Shown here: positions 36,921 to 50,252 of the stretch, piece after piece
How positions within the stretch are numbered: position 1 is the first letter of the stretch
Layout of the letters: every line of letters begins with the position of its first letter
Origin: Squalus acanthias
Lineage: Eukaryota
DNA: 64,000 nucleotides
Reading direction: 5' to 3'
Assembly: GCA_030390025.1 (NCBI GenBank)
Contig: CM059432.1
Coordinates: forward strand, 137,704,001 to 137,768,000
Notes under the pieces: model-generated
Databases searched by the model: none
What the model was told of the DNA's origin: nothing
The model's input: only the letters and a program-made list of their open reading frames with translations
Made by a program: the position numbers and the translations under genes

Positions 36921-38648
36921 CTGTTGTCATGACAAAAATGATTAAATGAATGAAACCAGGCTGTGATTTACACCAGTCATTCATCGTTTTAAGGAACCAC
37001 ATTATTATTGGTGAACCAAAACAAAAACATTACAGCATTGCTGTTTTCGGCTTACTCACATAAAATAGTGCAAAAATACTTTACAATTGGAGTCTTCAAA
37101 TACTAGCCTGCAAAAGCTCACCATGTTCATACGAGGTTCCTTTGTCCACTATATTAATAAAAGTGTTAATCTGTTTATTTTAAATGGTTAACCCCATTTA
37201 AAATAGCAGAGGAATTTCATTTATTGTGTTATGCTACTATTCAAAGATGCCAATTTTAAAGCAAAAGCCTGTTTTATATTCAAGTTCTACTCTAATGTTC
37301 AGTAGTGTGAATTTGCAGAAATATTACTTTTGAAAATGTTACGCGAAAGTCTGTGCTTATTATGAAAACCGTCACGGAAATTAGTAAGACGGTTACTGCG
37401 TTGTACTGAAAGTCTTCAGCTCTCTTAGCCGTCTCTGGTAAGATAACATCCTCCTGCCGAAAGAGCCGTTAACAATGCAATCAGACTCTTTGTTGCAATC
37501 AATGCTCCTGCAAATGCTACGCGAGAAAAAAGCAGTGTGTAAAGGCAACACTGGAGAATGAACAAGAGTCGTGGAATTTGATCCCAGAATACCAAGTAAT
37601 AAAACAGAATTTGACATTCAGTCACTGTGAATCAGTGACCCTGACAACACATTGTGTTATACATTCCTATTTTTATATATTCCCTCCAACGTACAGTGAA
37701 AAATCTGCAATTATATTATTACACCCAGTCTCAATACATTAAGAGTTACATATAACCGCTTTGCCCATCCTGACATTTTACAGTATTCCGCAGTCTGCAT
37801 GCATACACAAGTAGCGATCTTCAAAATGACAAACTAAACGCCCTGATGTAATCACCATTCAATAATATTGAAGTCAAGGACATTTGTCAAATCATGGCAA
37901 ATTCTTACTGTGCAAAAGAGACTCATTTATAATGTAGTAATAATCTATACAAATGAGTAGACAGTAATATAGGTGAACAGAGAATGACTGGGCAATTATT
38001 CTATACAATGGATTACATATGTCAGAGGCTTATGTACATATATAGATAAAGGGAATGTGGCAGATACTGTAGATTTTTCAGAAGGCATTTGATAAGGTCC
38101 CACGTAAGAAGTTAAAGTACACGGCATTAAAGGGACTATAGTTTCATGGATAGAGGTGACTAGGAGACAGAAAGCAGAGAGCAAGTGTAAATAGATTTTT
38201 TTTGGTGGGGGGGGGGGGGGGGGGGGGGGCTGATTGTGAGAAGTGGTGTGCCCAGGGATCTGTGCGAAGGTTTCCTTTGTTTTTCATTTTTATAAATGAT
38301 TTTGACATAGGCACAAAAGAAATGATATTGAAGTTTGCTGATCATACCAAATTAGGGAGCGTGACAAACTGAAGAAGACTGGAGGAGGTCATACAATAGA
38401 GTGGACAGATAGGTGACAATTGCAGTCCTATGCAGAGAAATGGGTAGTACATTTTGAGAGATGCATTATTACATATGACAAATCACACTGACTTGCTGTA
38501 ATGTTTTGAACACAACATTAGTGTAGTGCATGGTTTTGGCCATTTAGATATTTTTCCAAATGGAACATGCAATGCTGGCATAACTTGAGAAATATCTTTC
38601 TTAGCCAGAGGCCAACAATAAATCTAGAGTCACATAAGTCCAATTTAC

Positions 38649-38798
38649 CGGTACACTGTGTGCAGTGTCAGTGATTACTCGCGAGGATTCTGATCCATCT
38701 GAGTGCATCCTGCTGATGTGTGCATTAAGGCTGCCTAGTTTTCTGAATACACAGCTACATTCCTCACACTGATATGCTGGCTGGTCACCATCCTTCAC
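38649..38798 (-). CDS. ZNF236: ZNF236 coding exon (1 finger)
   Basis: ataaaaag|GTG..CCG|gtaaat, 150 nt, phase 0-0; VKDGDQPAYQCEECSCVFRKLGSLNAHISRMHSDGSESSRVITDTAHSVP. Confidence 0.9.
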
Positions 38799-39565
38799 CT
38801 TTTTATAAAAAAAGCAGAAATAAAGGAGCAAATGAAAAACAAAGCAATTTCAGCAAAAATGAAACATTGACATTAAAATTAAACAACAGAACTACAGTAA
38901 TTTAATCACAATGGCCGGTGCAGTTAATACGAGATTTTAAACTCTAATAATGTTTCATCATGTTTCTGGGAATTATAATCTTCATTACAAAAAAGAACAA
39001 AAAGTGGAAACATTGCTTAAAGAAGCTGCATGAAGTATTCTGCCCATCAAAGGCAGCATGAAATGCTAACAAAAAATCCTCAAACATTGAATTGGTAATA
39101 CCATTTGAAACACATCATGTTGATTCCTGTAAAAAGAGATACACAACGGGCCTGAATTTGCGGTCGGCGTCGTAACGGAGGAGTACGCCGCTGACATCGT
39201 AAGTAAATCCGCACCTACTTCATGCGATACCCCTTCAGAACTTCCTTTAAAACGCTGCAGAGTTCCGTGCAGCATACTCCCCCACGGAGCCCGGGAGCGC
39301 ACCGTTGTGCGAATGCAAACCTGGGATCACGTGGGGCGGTGGTTTTTTTACTTCCTGATTCTTAGCCTATAAGCTATTCATTCAGGTCTCGCCAGCTTTA
39401 ATGGTCGCATTTGCAGTAAATCGCGCATTTCTTACAGCTTCCTCCTTCATTGAAACGTGCATCTAAGTTCCATATTATTGCCAAGCCAATACTCTCACTG
39501 AAATTCTGGGTAAACTCAACAGGAATACTGGGGGCCTTTATTTGTCTCTCCTTTATACAGATTAT

Positions 39566-40303
39566 GGGCCAAAAATTGATCCCGCTGCGCGAGAGTACGC
39601 ACTGCGTACTCTCGCGTATTCTCTCTCCAATTGCCGGTTTTCTGCATGCACTGCGCATGCGCTGAAAACCGGCACTTGGTCTTTGGAAAAGGGGGCGGTT
39701 CCTCGGTGCACCGCGTGCGCGCTACAGGCTGCGCGCACGCTGTGCACTTAGTGCTTTGGACGCGCAGGTAAGGACGGAAGATTTTAGAAACGAAAAAAGG
39801 AGTAAGACCCACTTTTAACAAGGTAAGTAGTGAATTAAGTATTATTTTGAATTTTTTTTAACAGGTATATCTTTTTTAGAGACTTTAAAGACAGGTAAGT
39901 TTATTTTTATAACTTTTTAAAAGATTTTAAATTTTTTCAAAAATTTTATTTTTTATTTAAAATGGTTAATTTATTTAACTATGCTTATTTTATTAATGTG
40001 ATGGTTTTTTTAAATTTAATTGAGGTTTAGCTGTTATTTTGAGGGTGTGTAAGATTCATAGCTTTCACAGCACGTATGTGAAACTTATGAATGGAAGATG
40101 GTGTGCTGCCATTGGCTCTAACTGAGTCACGTGATCCCACAGCTCGCACGAATTCACTACGCCGGTGGGATACGCAAGCACTGCCCAGCTGATGTCTAGA
40201 ACATCAAGTTCGTGCGAGCTGGATCTGAAAAAGCCAACGCGGAGTGAGAGATCGCGCCTGCTCCTTACCCCCGCGGGAACAGAGCGAGATCAATTTCTGG
40301 GCC
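39566..40303. mobile_element. TIR-bounded non-autonomous element with multiple internal GC-rich hairpins
   Basis: gggccaaaaattgatcccgctg / agagcgagatcaatttctgggcc termini; hairpins at 39588-39616, 39627-39679, 39706-39747, 40140-40221. Confidence 0.7.
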
Positions 40304-41333
40304 TATATAGATTTCAGTTTCTATTTAATTCAACATGAATTTTTTAAAATTCTATCGTTAATCTCAAATTTTATCTGAATTATCCCGTTTCAAACTACCT
40401 GACACTTTTCTCTCTTTCCCCTCCAAACAAACGTACGTAACGGGAATTAACCATTTAAAAATAATTTTCACATTGAAGCAAAAAGAAAGCTCTTCAAAAA
40501 CCTTTTTTTTTAAAGACAAGTTAATGACTGACTCGAGATCATTCTGTGATGTGGTTATGTTACTGTAGATAATGAGACAGTCACTGTCCTCAGTGACATA
40601 TATTCTACAGAATATCTAGGTCAATTTCCTCAGTAATTACAACACTAAAGATACCATCTGGTGACACATGTTTGGGACATCTAAACAAAAATGTTTCCGT
40701 TCTCATGATTTAAATTAAAACAAAAATGGCAATCTACAATGATTGTTCTAAATTTGCATTTGCTAATTGTAAACCATTTTCTTGCAGGATACACAACCTA
40801 ACAGGACTATGTACAATACACAATCGATGGTACCTATTAATTGTGTTGTGTGTTAGAACTTCATTCCCAATAAAAACCTTGCTTGCAGTCCCCTTACACT
40901 GTGCAACAGGCTTCCTGCGCCTGCTTGCACAAGATTTAAAAATTGAAAGCATAATTACTTCGGAGTAGGTGGGCAATTAGCCCAACTTTTTGCCAGCACA
41001 TTCATTTCTATCAGGAGGTGAAAGACACAGCGAAGCCTCTGTGGGTTCGTAACTTGACAGATCGCAAGTTCGGGATTTATTGCATGCGGAAATCACAAAC
41101 TTGTGGTCAGTTTCAAAGGCGATATGAGGGCGAACGCTGTCAGTTCGCCACCATTCTGATCGCAAATTCAGGGCCATCACTTTCATTGCTAATCCAAGGG
41201 CGGGGGATATAAAACAGAATGATAATTGTGAATCATGAAACTGAGCTCAGCTCTTCAGACCTCTCTCTTCACAATAAATCTCTCGCTCTCAAATATAAAA
41301 CCTTGTGCGGAATGCCACAATCCAAATAAATTA

Positions 41334-41938
41334 ATTGATTTTAACACTATCGAGTGAGTTAAAAACGAGCAGGTTAATTCGACCCTTTCCTTCCCCATTC
41401 CAATTTTAACCTGCAGGGCTCGGCGGACCTTTGAGGCACTCACCTAAAGCAGCCTGGTGCCTCATGAATCCATGCAAAACAGGGTTCTGTTACATCAATG
41501 GGACCCCGATTGCATTCCAACTGGGGCCTGAGCGAGGAGGCTGCCACGGCTTTCCTGCCAGGCTGAAGCAGGTCTGCGCCTGTTCTGCCGGCACAAGTGG
41601 CCCTCCGAGTTATATAGTGTAAAACTTTCCTTTTGTGGGGCTGCTCCGGGTCCCACAAAGGAAAGTCGCAGTCTTCCCTGCCCCAGACTCGCCCTGCACC
41701 TCCACCACTTCCCCTCCCGCAGGACCCTCCCCAAATCCCTTCCCCGTCCCACTTACCTGGCAAGCCAAGGGCTGTCTCGTCTTTCCCTGCCGGCAGCCGC
41801 TCTGTTCCCTCTTCCCGCCCATCCCAGGCAGCTTTTAAACAAAGCTTCGGAGTTAAAATACCCCAAACCTAAAACTTAGACTGACGGCTAAGTTTCACGC
41901 CCTCCCACCCAAAACCCACTCGGGGTTAAAATCAATCT
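41334..41938. mobile_element. TIR-bounded MITE-like element
   Basis: attgattttaacactatcgagtgagtt / aacccactcggggttaaaatcaat termini; C-rich interior. Confidence 0.6.
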
Positions 41939-42404
41939 CGTTATCTTTTAAAATAATTATCTGCTCAACTCGTTTTCTCTAAATGCTTAATTTCACTTTT
42001 AATGAATGGAAATAATAAGTGGAGTAAAATTATACTGAGTGACGTTAACATGTGAACATAAAGCATTTAAGTAGAAATTAGGGGTGTCAAAAGAGGCCAA
42101 AAAAGGAGTTACAGCTGAAGTATCAGAGATCAACTGTACTATAATAATCTTGTTTATTTTGAATACTTGAGTTTACTATTTAACCTAACCAAAGCTCCTT
42201 TTACAGTTATTTACATCATCGCAATAGATTACGCTGATGGGACTGGCTATTTAAGTTGCAGCTTTAAGTTTTCTTCTTCCGACAAATGCTAGACCAGCGC
42301 TAGGGAGCAATTATGGACGGGGAATGAAGTGGATTCCTCTGTGACCTGCCAGGCAATTTTTTTCCTCTCCCCTCTGCTGTCATGAAATTTTGTTTTGCTC
42401 TTTG

Positions 42405-42742
42405 AGCCCCTCCCTATCTGTAACCTCCTCCAGCACCGCAACCCTCCGAGAACTCTACTTTCCTCCAATTCTGGGTCTTGTGTATCCCCGATTTCCTTCG
42501 TCCCACCATTGGCAGCCGTGCCTCCAGCTGCCCAGGCCCTAATCTCCAGAATTCCCTCCCTAAACCTCTCCGTCTCTCTACCTCCCTCTCTCCTCCTTTA
42601 AGTCGCTCCGTAAAACCGACCTCTCTACCTGTCCTAATAGTTCCTTATGTGGCTTGATGTCAAAATTTGTTTGACGTCGCTCTTGTGAAGCACCTTGGGA
42701 TGTTTTACTATGTCAAAGGTGCTATACAAGTTGTTGTTGTTT
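42405..42742 (+). mobile_element. L2 3' fragment
   Basis: Same family; (gtt)n tail. Confidence 0.83.
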
Positions 42743-43445
42743 AATAGTTTACACCCGAATGGCTAAAACGAGTTTTTAAAATGGACACAAATTGAAATGT
42801 GCTATTTCTGAGGTCAGTTCATTATCATAGTTATACATGGCTCCTGGTGCAGGTTTCAATGAGTGCAGGGTGAACACTAGTGCTGGGAGCAGAAAATTGC
42901 ATGCAAGTACAATTTCAAGGGAGGCAGACAATTAATGGAAGCGTCAGAACAGGGGTGCGAAATTTCTGAAAGACTTTGGAAAGGCGCAGAAGGCACCTTA
43001 ATCCAGCAGGACAGCAACATAGATTTAGTATTGATTTGGTACTACAGTTGAAGTTGGTTTTTGAAATGTTATTCCAGAGTTATAGAATATACCTGTTTGA
43101 TAATGAACTGACCTCAGAAACAACACATTTCCATTTAGGATTCATTGTTAATCATCTAAAAAAAAATCATGGAAGTAGCAGAAGGTTAACAAATGACTGG
43201 CTGTCAAACAAGAAAGAAACTAGTGATTAAGTATCAAAATAGTCAAAGGGCGAAGGGTTCCAGAAAATACCATACTTTAGTGAAACACCAATGTACTGGT
43301 CAGTTTAAAAAAAAAAGGCAAAATAAGGTGCAGTTCAGAGATTACAAAGTAGCAGTTCTGTACTAATGTAGTCAAATTTAAACCACATCAATTCTGGATG
43401 AAGCCCAGTTGAAACACTTGCTACCCATTATGGGAATACCAATAC

Positions 43446-43618
43446 CTCAGTGTGAACCCTCTGTATGTGCGCTCGTAGATTGCCCCTCTGTGAAAAGGAT
43501 GCTGGGCAGAAAACACAAAAATGGGGTTTTTCGCCTGTATGCTTGATCATGTGGATCTGCAGCGCTCCTTTCTGGTTGAAAGCTTTTCCACAATCACCAC
43601 ATTTAAATGGCCGTTCAC
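43446..43618 (-). CDS. ZNF236: ZNF236 coding exon (2 fingers)
   Basis: acttag|GT..GAG|gtattg, 173 nt; [57 protein letters not shown]. Confidence 0.96.
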
Positions 43619-44531
43619 CTAAGTTACAGAATAAAAATAAAAGTTGATAAGTGCCGAAAAGTTTGTAGGAAAAAAAATCAAAAGTATAGTCATACATTGG
43701 TTTAATGTTGGGTTAATGTTATAGCAATAACACTAGATGTACCAGGTGTTGGGTTAACTTAATGGTGATAACACTAGTCATATTATGTGTTAATCCATGA
43801 GAGTTTACTCAGGGCAGTAAATGCTCAAGGTCTCACGTACTTCCCTACATAAATAATTAAACACACTGGCAATCTAATATAAAATATTATTTACAGGCAC
43901 TTGTTTAGAAACAACATTAACAACAATAATGAAAGAGATAGATTTTAGTTTTGTCAACTGTATAAAATGGTATCAATTTTAATTCTTTAACTTGAGTTAC
44001 TGAATTTCACATTCAATGATCAGCTGCATAATTATTATTTTACACTAGATCACAGGACAGATCAAATACCTTCCTGGTAGAAGTTAAAACATTTGAATGC
44101 TTTTTTTGAAATGCAAATTTTTTTTCTGAAGGTAAGAATAGATGATGGGTGGCAGCACAGTGTAAACTCTAACACAATCTTGAGGTTCTGAAATAAATTC
44201 ATTTTAGTCTACACATTTCCAATTATCTTTTATATTGCTAATGTCTCCTTCTTACCCTCACTCCCCCCTCCCACCGGCAAATAATTTTCCCAGTTCCAGT
44301 TGTATCTAATCACCAACCATTTTTCCTATTATATCCATTTACTGACAATAGAGCTGAGATTATTCACATGCATCTTTAATGCACAAATTGATCTCCCATG
44401 ACATTGGTCATGAAGATTTTTTAAATATCTCTCGTCCTTCCTCTAACTGGCTTACTGGTTGTCTCCCACTCAAATACTTTCCATCTTCTGTGTCCTTCTG
44501 TTCGTCTTCCACTCTTTCTGTTTCCCTCCGA

Positions 44532-44835
44532 GGAACATAGAACAGGAGTAGGCCATTTAGCCCCTCGAGCCTGTTCTGTCATTCAATGAGATCATGGCTG
44601 ATCTGTAAACTAACTCCATATACACCCCTTTGTCCCATAACCCTCAGTACCTTTGGTTAATAAAAATCTATCAATCTCAGATTTAAAATTAACAATTGAT
44701 CTAGCATCAACTGCCGTTTGCGGAAGAGAATTCCAAACTTCTACCACCCTTTGCGTGTGGAAGTGTTTCCTAATTTCACTCCCGAAAGATCTGGCTCTAA
44801 TTTTTAGGCTATGTCTCCTAGTCCTAAACTCCCCT
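44532..44835 (-). mobile_element. CR1 3' fragment
   Basis: gaacatagaacaggagtaggccatttagcccctcgagcctg terminal motif as at 62830-62900. Confidence 0.8.
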
Positions 44836-45554
44836 AGATTCCTTTACTCCGAATGCCCCTCACACAGGATGTTCCTTTACCGATTTACTCAGTATATACC
44901 TTTGATTTGAGTTAAAGCCAGAGCATGCAGCATGTACCAGGGCTGCTGCAACTTATAGCAGAGAGAAACTGGGGAGGGGGGTCAGGATCCTGGGGTTATG
45001 AAGCAGCAAAAAGCCAGGAGCTGGTCTGTGATACACATGTACCCTATTGTATCCAGAGCTGTGGCATCACCCGGTATTGAGGTATCCAGGCACTGCTGCA
45101 ACACGCATTGGTAAAAGAGAATTTGGAGCGTTGAGGTGGACGGAGCATGGGGTTCAAGCCTGGAAGGAAAAGGTGGTGCAGGTCCAGAAAGGGTTTGGAC
45201 CTGGGTAAGGAGTGTGGTGACATGAATCATGTCATTCATGTATGAAGTAATACTGGGCGGCCTGCTGGTGGCGCTGTCCAGGGAGAGTATAAATACTCAG
45301 GCATGGGCCCAGCTTGCTTAGGACATTCCTCAACAGGAACTAGTGAAGGACACAACTAGATCTCCATATTGAAAAACAGTTGATTAAAGCTTTGTTTAAC
45401 GCTTAGACCAAGTGCCTAGTAGTTTTCTTACGTCATGTGGGTTGGGGGGGGGGGGGGGCTGCGAAGGAACAAGGAAGCTGACTGAGGAGAGAGTAGGCCA
45501 GAAGCAGACTTTCAGAGCAAGAACAGCTCGAGAACAGAAGATGTTTGAAGGGGT

Positions 45555-45880
45555 TCTATAGGTAGAGACGATATTTCCACTTGTGGGGGAGACCAAAACT
45601 AGGGGTCATAAATATAAGATAGTAACTAATAAATCCAGAATGGCATTCAGGAGAAACTTCTTAACCCAGAGAGTGGTTAGAATATGGAACACTCTACCAC
45701 AAGGCGTAGTTGAGGTGAATAGCATAGATGCATTTAAGGGGAAGCTAAATAAACACATGAGGGAGAAAGGATTAGAAGGTTATGCTGATAGGGTTAGAGG
45801 AAGAAGGGTGGGAGGTGGCTTGTGTGGACCAGCATGAAACAGTTGGGCCGAAGGGCCTGTTTCTGTGCTGTATATTCTAT
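45555..45880 (+). mobile_element. CR1 3' fragment
   Basis: GETKTRGHKYKIVTNKS..FLTQRVVRIWNTLP plus 3'UTR. Confidence 0.87.
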
Positions 45881-46111
45881 ATAAGACTGAGAGCGGGGAT
45901 TGCAGACAATACATTTATGATCATGTGGCTGCTATGGACCAATGAGATGCATGGGCATTCAGTGGACAGACACCAATTTTTACAATATAGTACACAGGCA
46001 GTAAATTTGATGATAAAGGGTTAATAATTGCAATGTAATATCTCCAAACTTTTCATGTAGTATTCTATTAACTCCTGAGAAAGAACAGTTATCCAATATT
46101 AATTCAGATTT

Positions 46112-46525
46112 TGCACCCCATCCACCACCTTAAACATTCACTCCCTCCACCGTGGCTGCAGTGTGTGCCATCTACAAGATGCACTGCAGCAACTCACCAA
46201 GGCTTCTTCGGCAGCACCTCCCAAACCCGCGACCTCTTCCACCTAGAAGGACAAGGGCAGCAGGCGCATGGGAACACCACCACCTCCAAGTTCCCCTCCA
46301 AGTCACACACCATCCTGACTTAGAAGTATATCGCTGTTCCTTCATCGTCGCTGGGTCAAAATCCTGGAACTCCCTCCCTAACAGCACTGTGGGAGCACCT
46401 TCACCACACGGACTGCTGCGATTTAAGGCGGCGGCTCACCACCACCTTCTCAAGGGCAATTAGGGATGGGCAATAAATGCTGGCCTTGCAGCGACGCCCA
46501 GATCCCATAAGCGAATTAAAAAAAA
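46112..46525 (+). mobile_element. 3' fragment of the same non-LTR family as 17630-18115
   Basis: AAVCAIYKMHCSNSPRLLRQHLP; ends gcaataaatgctggcc..aattaaaaaaaa. Confidence 0.85.
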
Positions 46526-46757
46526 TATGAAAATAGGCTAACTATTGCTTTAATGCAAACTACTTGTGTGCGTTAATCCAGAAAGGGACCACTACTTTAT
46601 AGGAATAAACGGAGAACCATACCTAACCGGTTCCTAAAAATCGGCAATTTTTATGCTCTGCTACTAGAATGCATGAAAAATGAATTACTATCTCAATGGT
46701 CTTTGTAAAAGACATTCCGATAAACATCCCTGAATTAGCTTCAACAGCATACCTCAC

Positions 46758-46885
46758 CTGTATGTATTCTGATGTGTCGAATTAACTGGCTAGGCTTCTG
46801 GAATGTTTTCCCACAATGCTCGCAGCGATGAGAGAACCCTGACCTATCAACATGCCGCTTGTACTGTTTGGTACACAGGGATGAC
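46758..46885 (-). CDS. ZNF236: ZNF236 coding exon (1 finger)
   Basis: tgccag|G..G|gtgagg, 128 nt; [42 protein letters not shown](G). Confidence 0.95.
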
Positions 46886-47067
46886 CTGGCAATTAAGGGG
46901 TGCAAAAATTGATGAATATCAGACTGAGGTTCGTGCAACATTTTACAGAAAAAACAATTACAGCAAAACAATATCCGACATTTACTGTGTTAGCAATCAT
47001 CACCCATGTCACGTTCCCAAGTAGTTAACACTTCAATATCATCAGTATATATATATATATATATATC

Positions 47068-47518
47068 ATTCACCCATCATCCCGTGCATGCTGACCTACA
47101 TTGGCTCCCGGTCCGGCGACGCCTCAATTTTAAAATTCTCATCCTGGTTTTCAAATCGCTCCATGGCCTCGCCCCTCCCTATCTCTGTAACCTCCTATAG
47201 CCCTACAACCCTCCAAGATATCTGTGCTCCTCCAATTCTGGCTTCTTGCCCATCCCTGATTTTCATCGCTTCACCATTGGTGGCTGCGCCTTCGGCTGCC
47301 TTGGCCCTAAGCTCTGGAATTCCCTCCCTAAACCTCTCCGCCTCTCTCTCCCCTCCTTTAAGACGCTCCTTAAAACCAACCTCTTTGTCCAAGCTTTTGG
47401 TCACCTGTCCTAATATCTCATGTGTCTTGGCTGTCAATTTTTGTCTGATAAAGCTCTTGTGAACTGCCTTGGGGCGTTATTACTACATTAATGGCGCTAC
47501 ATAAATGCAAGTTGTTGC
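47068..47518 (+). mobile_element. L2 3' fragment
   Basis: ADLHWLPVRRRLNFKILILVFKSLHGLAPPYLCNLL; tail ataaatgcaagttgttg. Confidence 0.87.
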
Positions 47519-48459
47519 GGTATAAAGATATTAGAAATGCCAACAACATGGCCGACACTTGAAACACGATGACCCAGATAGTTCTAGATTGTTTTTCTTG
47601 TTTCGCTCAACACTATGGGGGTAGATTTGCGCTGTTACCACCTGGGTGTAGTGCAAAAAAGGAAAATCTGATGGGGAACGATCGCGTGCCCCTTCAAGAT
47701 TCCACCGGATTTTCCTTAATTTCAACGAAAGGAAAAATCAGACAGGTTCTGTTCCTGGCATGCAATCCTCCCCACTAGATGTTCCCTTCTGCGCTCCGCT
47801 CATGACGATGCTCAATGCCCAGGCAGTAAAGACGAAAATCTCTCTGTCTCCTCTTCCAGCTGATAAGGCAGGTCAATGAATAGTGAGTTTTGACATACTA
47901 GCCTAGCATTGTCAATTGGTGTCATTTTAATGCCATAGCTAACCTATTTAAAATGGATAAGTTAGTACCAGTGTTAAAATAATGACAATCAGAAAATCTA
48001 GATTACTGTTTCTCCCTCAATTGTCTAATGACTTTTTTCTGCGTCTACATAGGAAAGAGACTCATATTTTACTGGTGATGAAATCAATGTGCCCGTGTAC
48101 ATTGATCTTCTCTTAGTATCTAACGTTACTAATACAATTGATCGCTAAATAAATATGAATGTTTAGCTCAAACCGCACCACCCCCACACCAAAAGTTTGG
48201 TAGGTTGGCACTCCACTTGAATTCAACTCCTGCAGATTAAAACTTTCAAAGAAACGGATAGGTTTTGATCGTTCATCTATAAACAAGGCACTCTAGTCTC
48301 CACACCCCACCACTTTCCCAGAAAATCAACAGTTTAAATATGGTATAGAGGTATTCAAATGCCTATCATTTCATAGCAATTCAGTTTAAGTTTGTGCAAG
48401 ATTGCCAGAAATTCACGTCGTAAATAAGAATTAACACTCCTGTCTCAAATCTTACAAAC

Positions 48460-48638
48460 CTAACTCTGTAGTGTGATTTCATATGTTCTCGTAGCTGGGA
48501 GGGCCTTTCAAATTCCTTAGTGCAGATCTTACAAACGTGCACTCGGCTTCCATTTAGCTCCTGCCGGTGTTCCTCTAGGTGTCTACTAAGTTGGCTCTGC
48601 AACGTAAATTCATCTCCGCACTCTGTACAGATCAGGTT
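48460..48638 (-). CDS. ZNF236: ZNF236 coding exon (2 fingers)
   Basis: ctgtag|AAC..AG|gtttgt, 179 nt; [59 protein letters not shown](R). Confidence 0.95.
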
Positions 48639-49668
48639 CTACAGAGGAGAAAATTAAGTCAAAGACGTCAGACCATTGGAAGCTGTACAAGTTTCTGCAC
48701 AGCAAAAATTACTAGTAAGTATTACAGTCTTAGATAAATTCACAATCATTTTTTCCAGCTAATTAGTAAAATTTACTATAGTATTAAAAAGCTAAACTGG
48801 TGATTTTGTTTTGATATGGTACTTATTCGTCCCCGCCTCCCCCTTTCTCCGTGCTCAGTATGCTAACAAACAGGGCAGTGCCACTGCAGCTCTATAATCA
48901 ATCCCTCTACACCATCATTTTAATCTCGGGAAATAATTCAGTGTCAAAAGTCAAAATCTCATGAGAGACTTAATCTGGCCTTGGATAACCTTCGACTGCA
49001 GAGGGAAAATAGAAACAGATGTTAACTGATTAATTGAGCTTGTGCATTATATATAGCTATTTTAAATTTCTAGTACTCCTATTATAGTTTTATAATCTAT
49101 TAGTAATAATAAATCATAAAACAATGTGTCTCGCACACAAAGATGTCACACCTTAAATGTCACACTTAAGACATTAAAGGTGCAAAACAATTGTAAAATG
49201 CTGGATGCTGAGTGCAGCCTGAAATGGACAAGCATATTCCAATCTGCAAAGTTCCCTGGTCAAACACGAGCTAAGCTCTTATTAACCTGAGTATTATATG
49301 GTATAACACTCTTGTGCTTATAAAACTGAGAATCATCTAATTTACCACGAGCCACACTGAAGGAGATCCAATATTAATTAAAAGAATCGTAATGCTATAA
49401 AAGATGGTGAATTAGATTTCTTTGTTTTCTACACTGAAACATTTGTCAGTTTCAAAACATCTGTCAAATAACAGATTTTAATTAAGAGCTGGATAAATTT
49501 AAGTTCACATCTTTTCAGTCGCTGTCATAATTGTTTTCCTGTTTCGTGGCAACAGCATTTTCACGTTATTTCTGTCATTCTTTGGCACATAAAATGTAAA
49601 TGAACAGGATGTATTTTAGATACGATTAGGTATAAAGTGAATGTAGATTGCAAGCAGTGAACACTCAC

Positions 49669-49833
49669 CTCCTCTTTTTCATGCAGCATAATGTGAGCTT
49701 TAAGGCTGGCCACGCGGGAGAACTTTTTGAAACAGACAGGACAAACCGGATCATTTGCATTGTGAGTAGCTTTGTGCAATACGAGATTAAGCTCCATATT
49801 AAAGGACGTTGGGCATTGATCGCACCGGTAAGG
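49669..49833 (-). CDS. ZNF236: ZNF236 coding exon (2 fingers)
   Basis: aaacag|CCT..GAG|gtgagt, 165 nt, phase 0-0; [55 protein letters not shown]. Confidence 0.96.
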
Positions 49834-50136
49834 CTGTTTACACAGACAAAGCAAAAAAGTTAGGAGTTTCAAAGTATTAAAAAAATGTGCACAAAATCTT
49901 TTTTTCTTAGCTAAAACAGAGCTATCCTGCAATACAACATCAAACACTGCAAACGTTCACAGCTTTTCAAATATTTCACCTCTGGCGCAAAAGGTATTTC
50001 GACTGTCAATAGTTATCAATCAACAGCTGAGAGATATTTTCTTTCCAGTGCCAAATAGCGGATATGGTTAAAGCTGTCATAGGGACATAGGAATGGGAGT
50101 TGGCCATTCAGCCCCTCAAGCCTGTTCCACCATTCC

Positions 50137-50252
50137 ACGAAGGAGCAGCGCTCCGAAAGCTTGTGATTTCAAATAAAGCTGTTGGACTATAACCTGGTGT
50201 TATGCGACTTCTCACATTTGTCCACCCCAGTCCAACACGGCATCTCCACATC
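50137..50252 (+). mobile_element. Single-arm, 5'-truncated copy of the same Penelope-like terminal repeat, inserted in a CR1 3'-end fragment
   Basis: acgaaggagcagcgctccgaaagcttgtg..catctccacatc near-identical to 58219-58334; caccatt repeated at 50128-50134 and 50252-50258. Confidence 0.82.

Noticed and set aside
38207..38229. Long poly-G runs (also ~11825-11843, ~45443-45458, ~58836-58852) as functional G-quadruplexes
   Set aside because: Homopolymer expansions, mostly within decayed LINE fragments; lengths may be sequencing-dependent and there is no evidence of function
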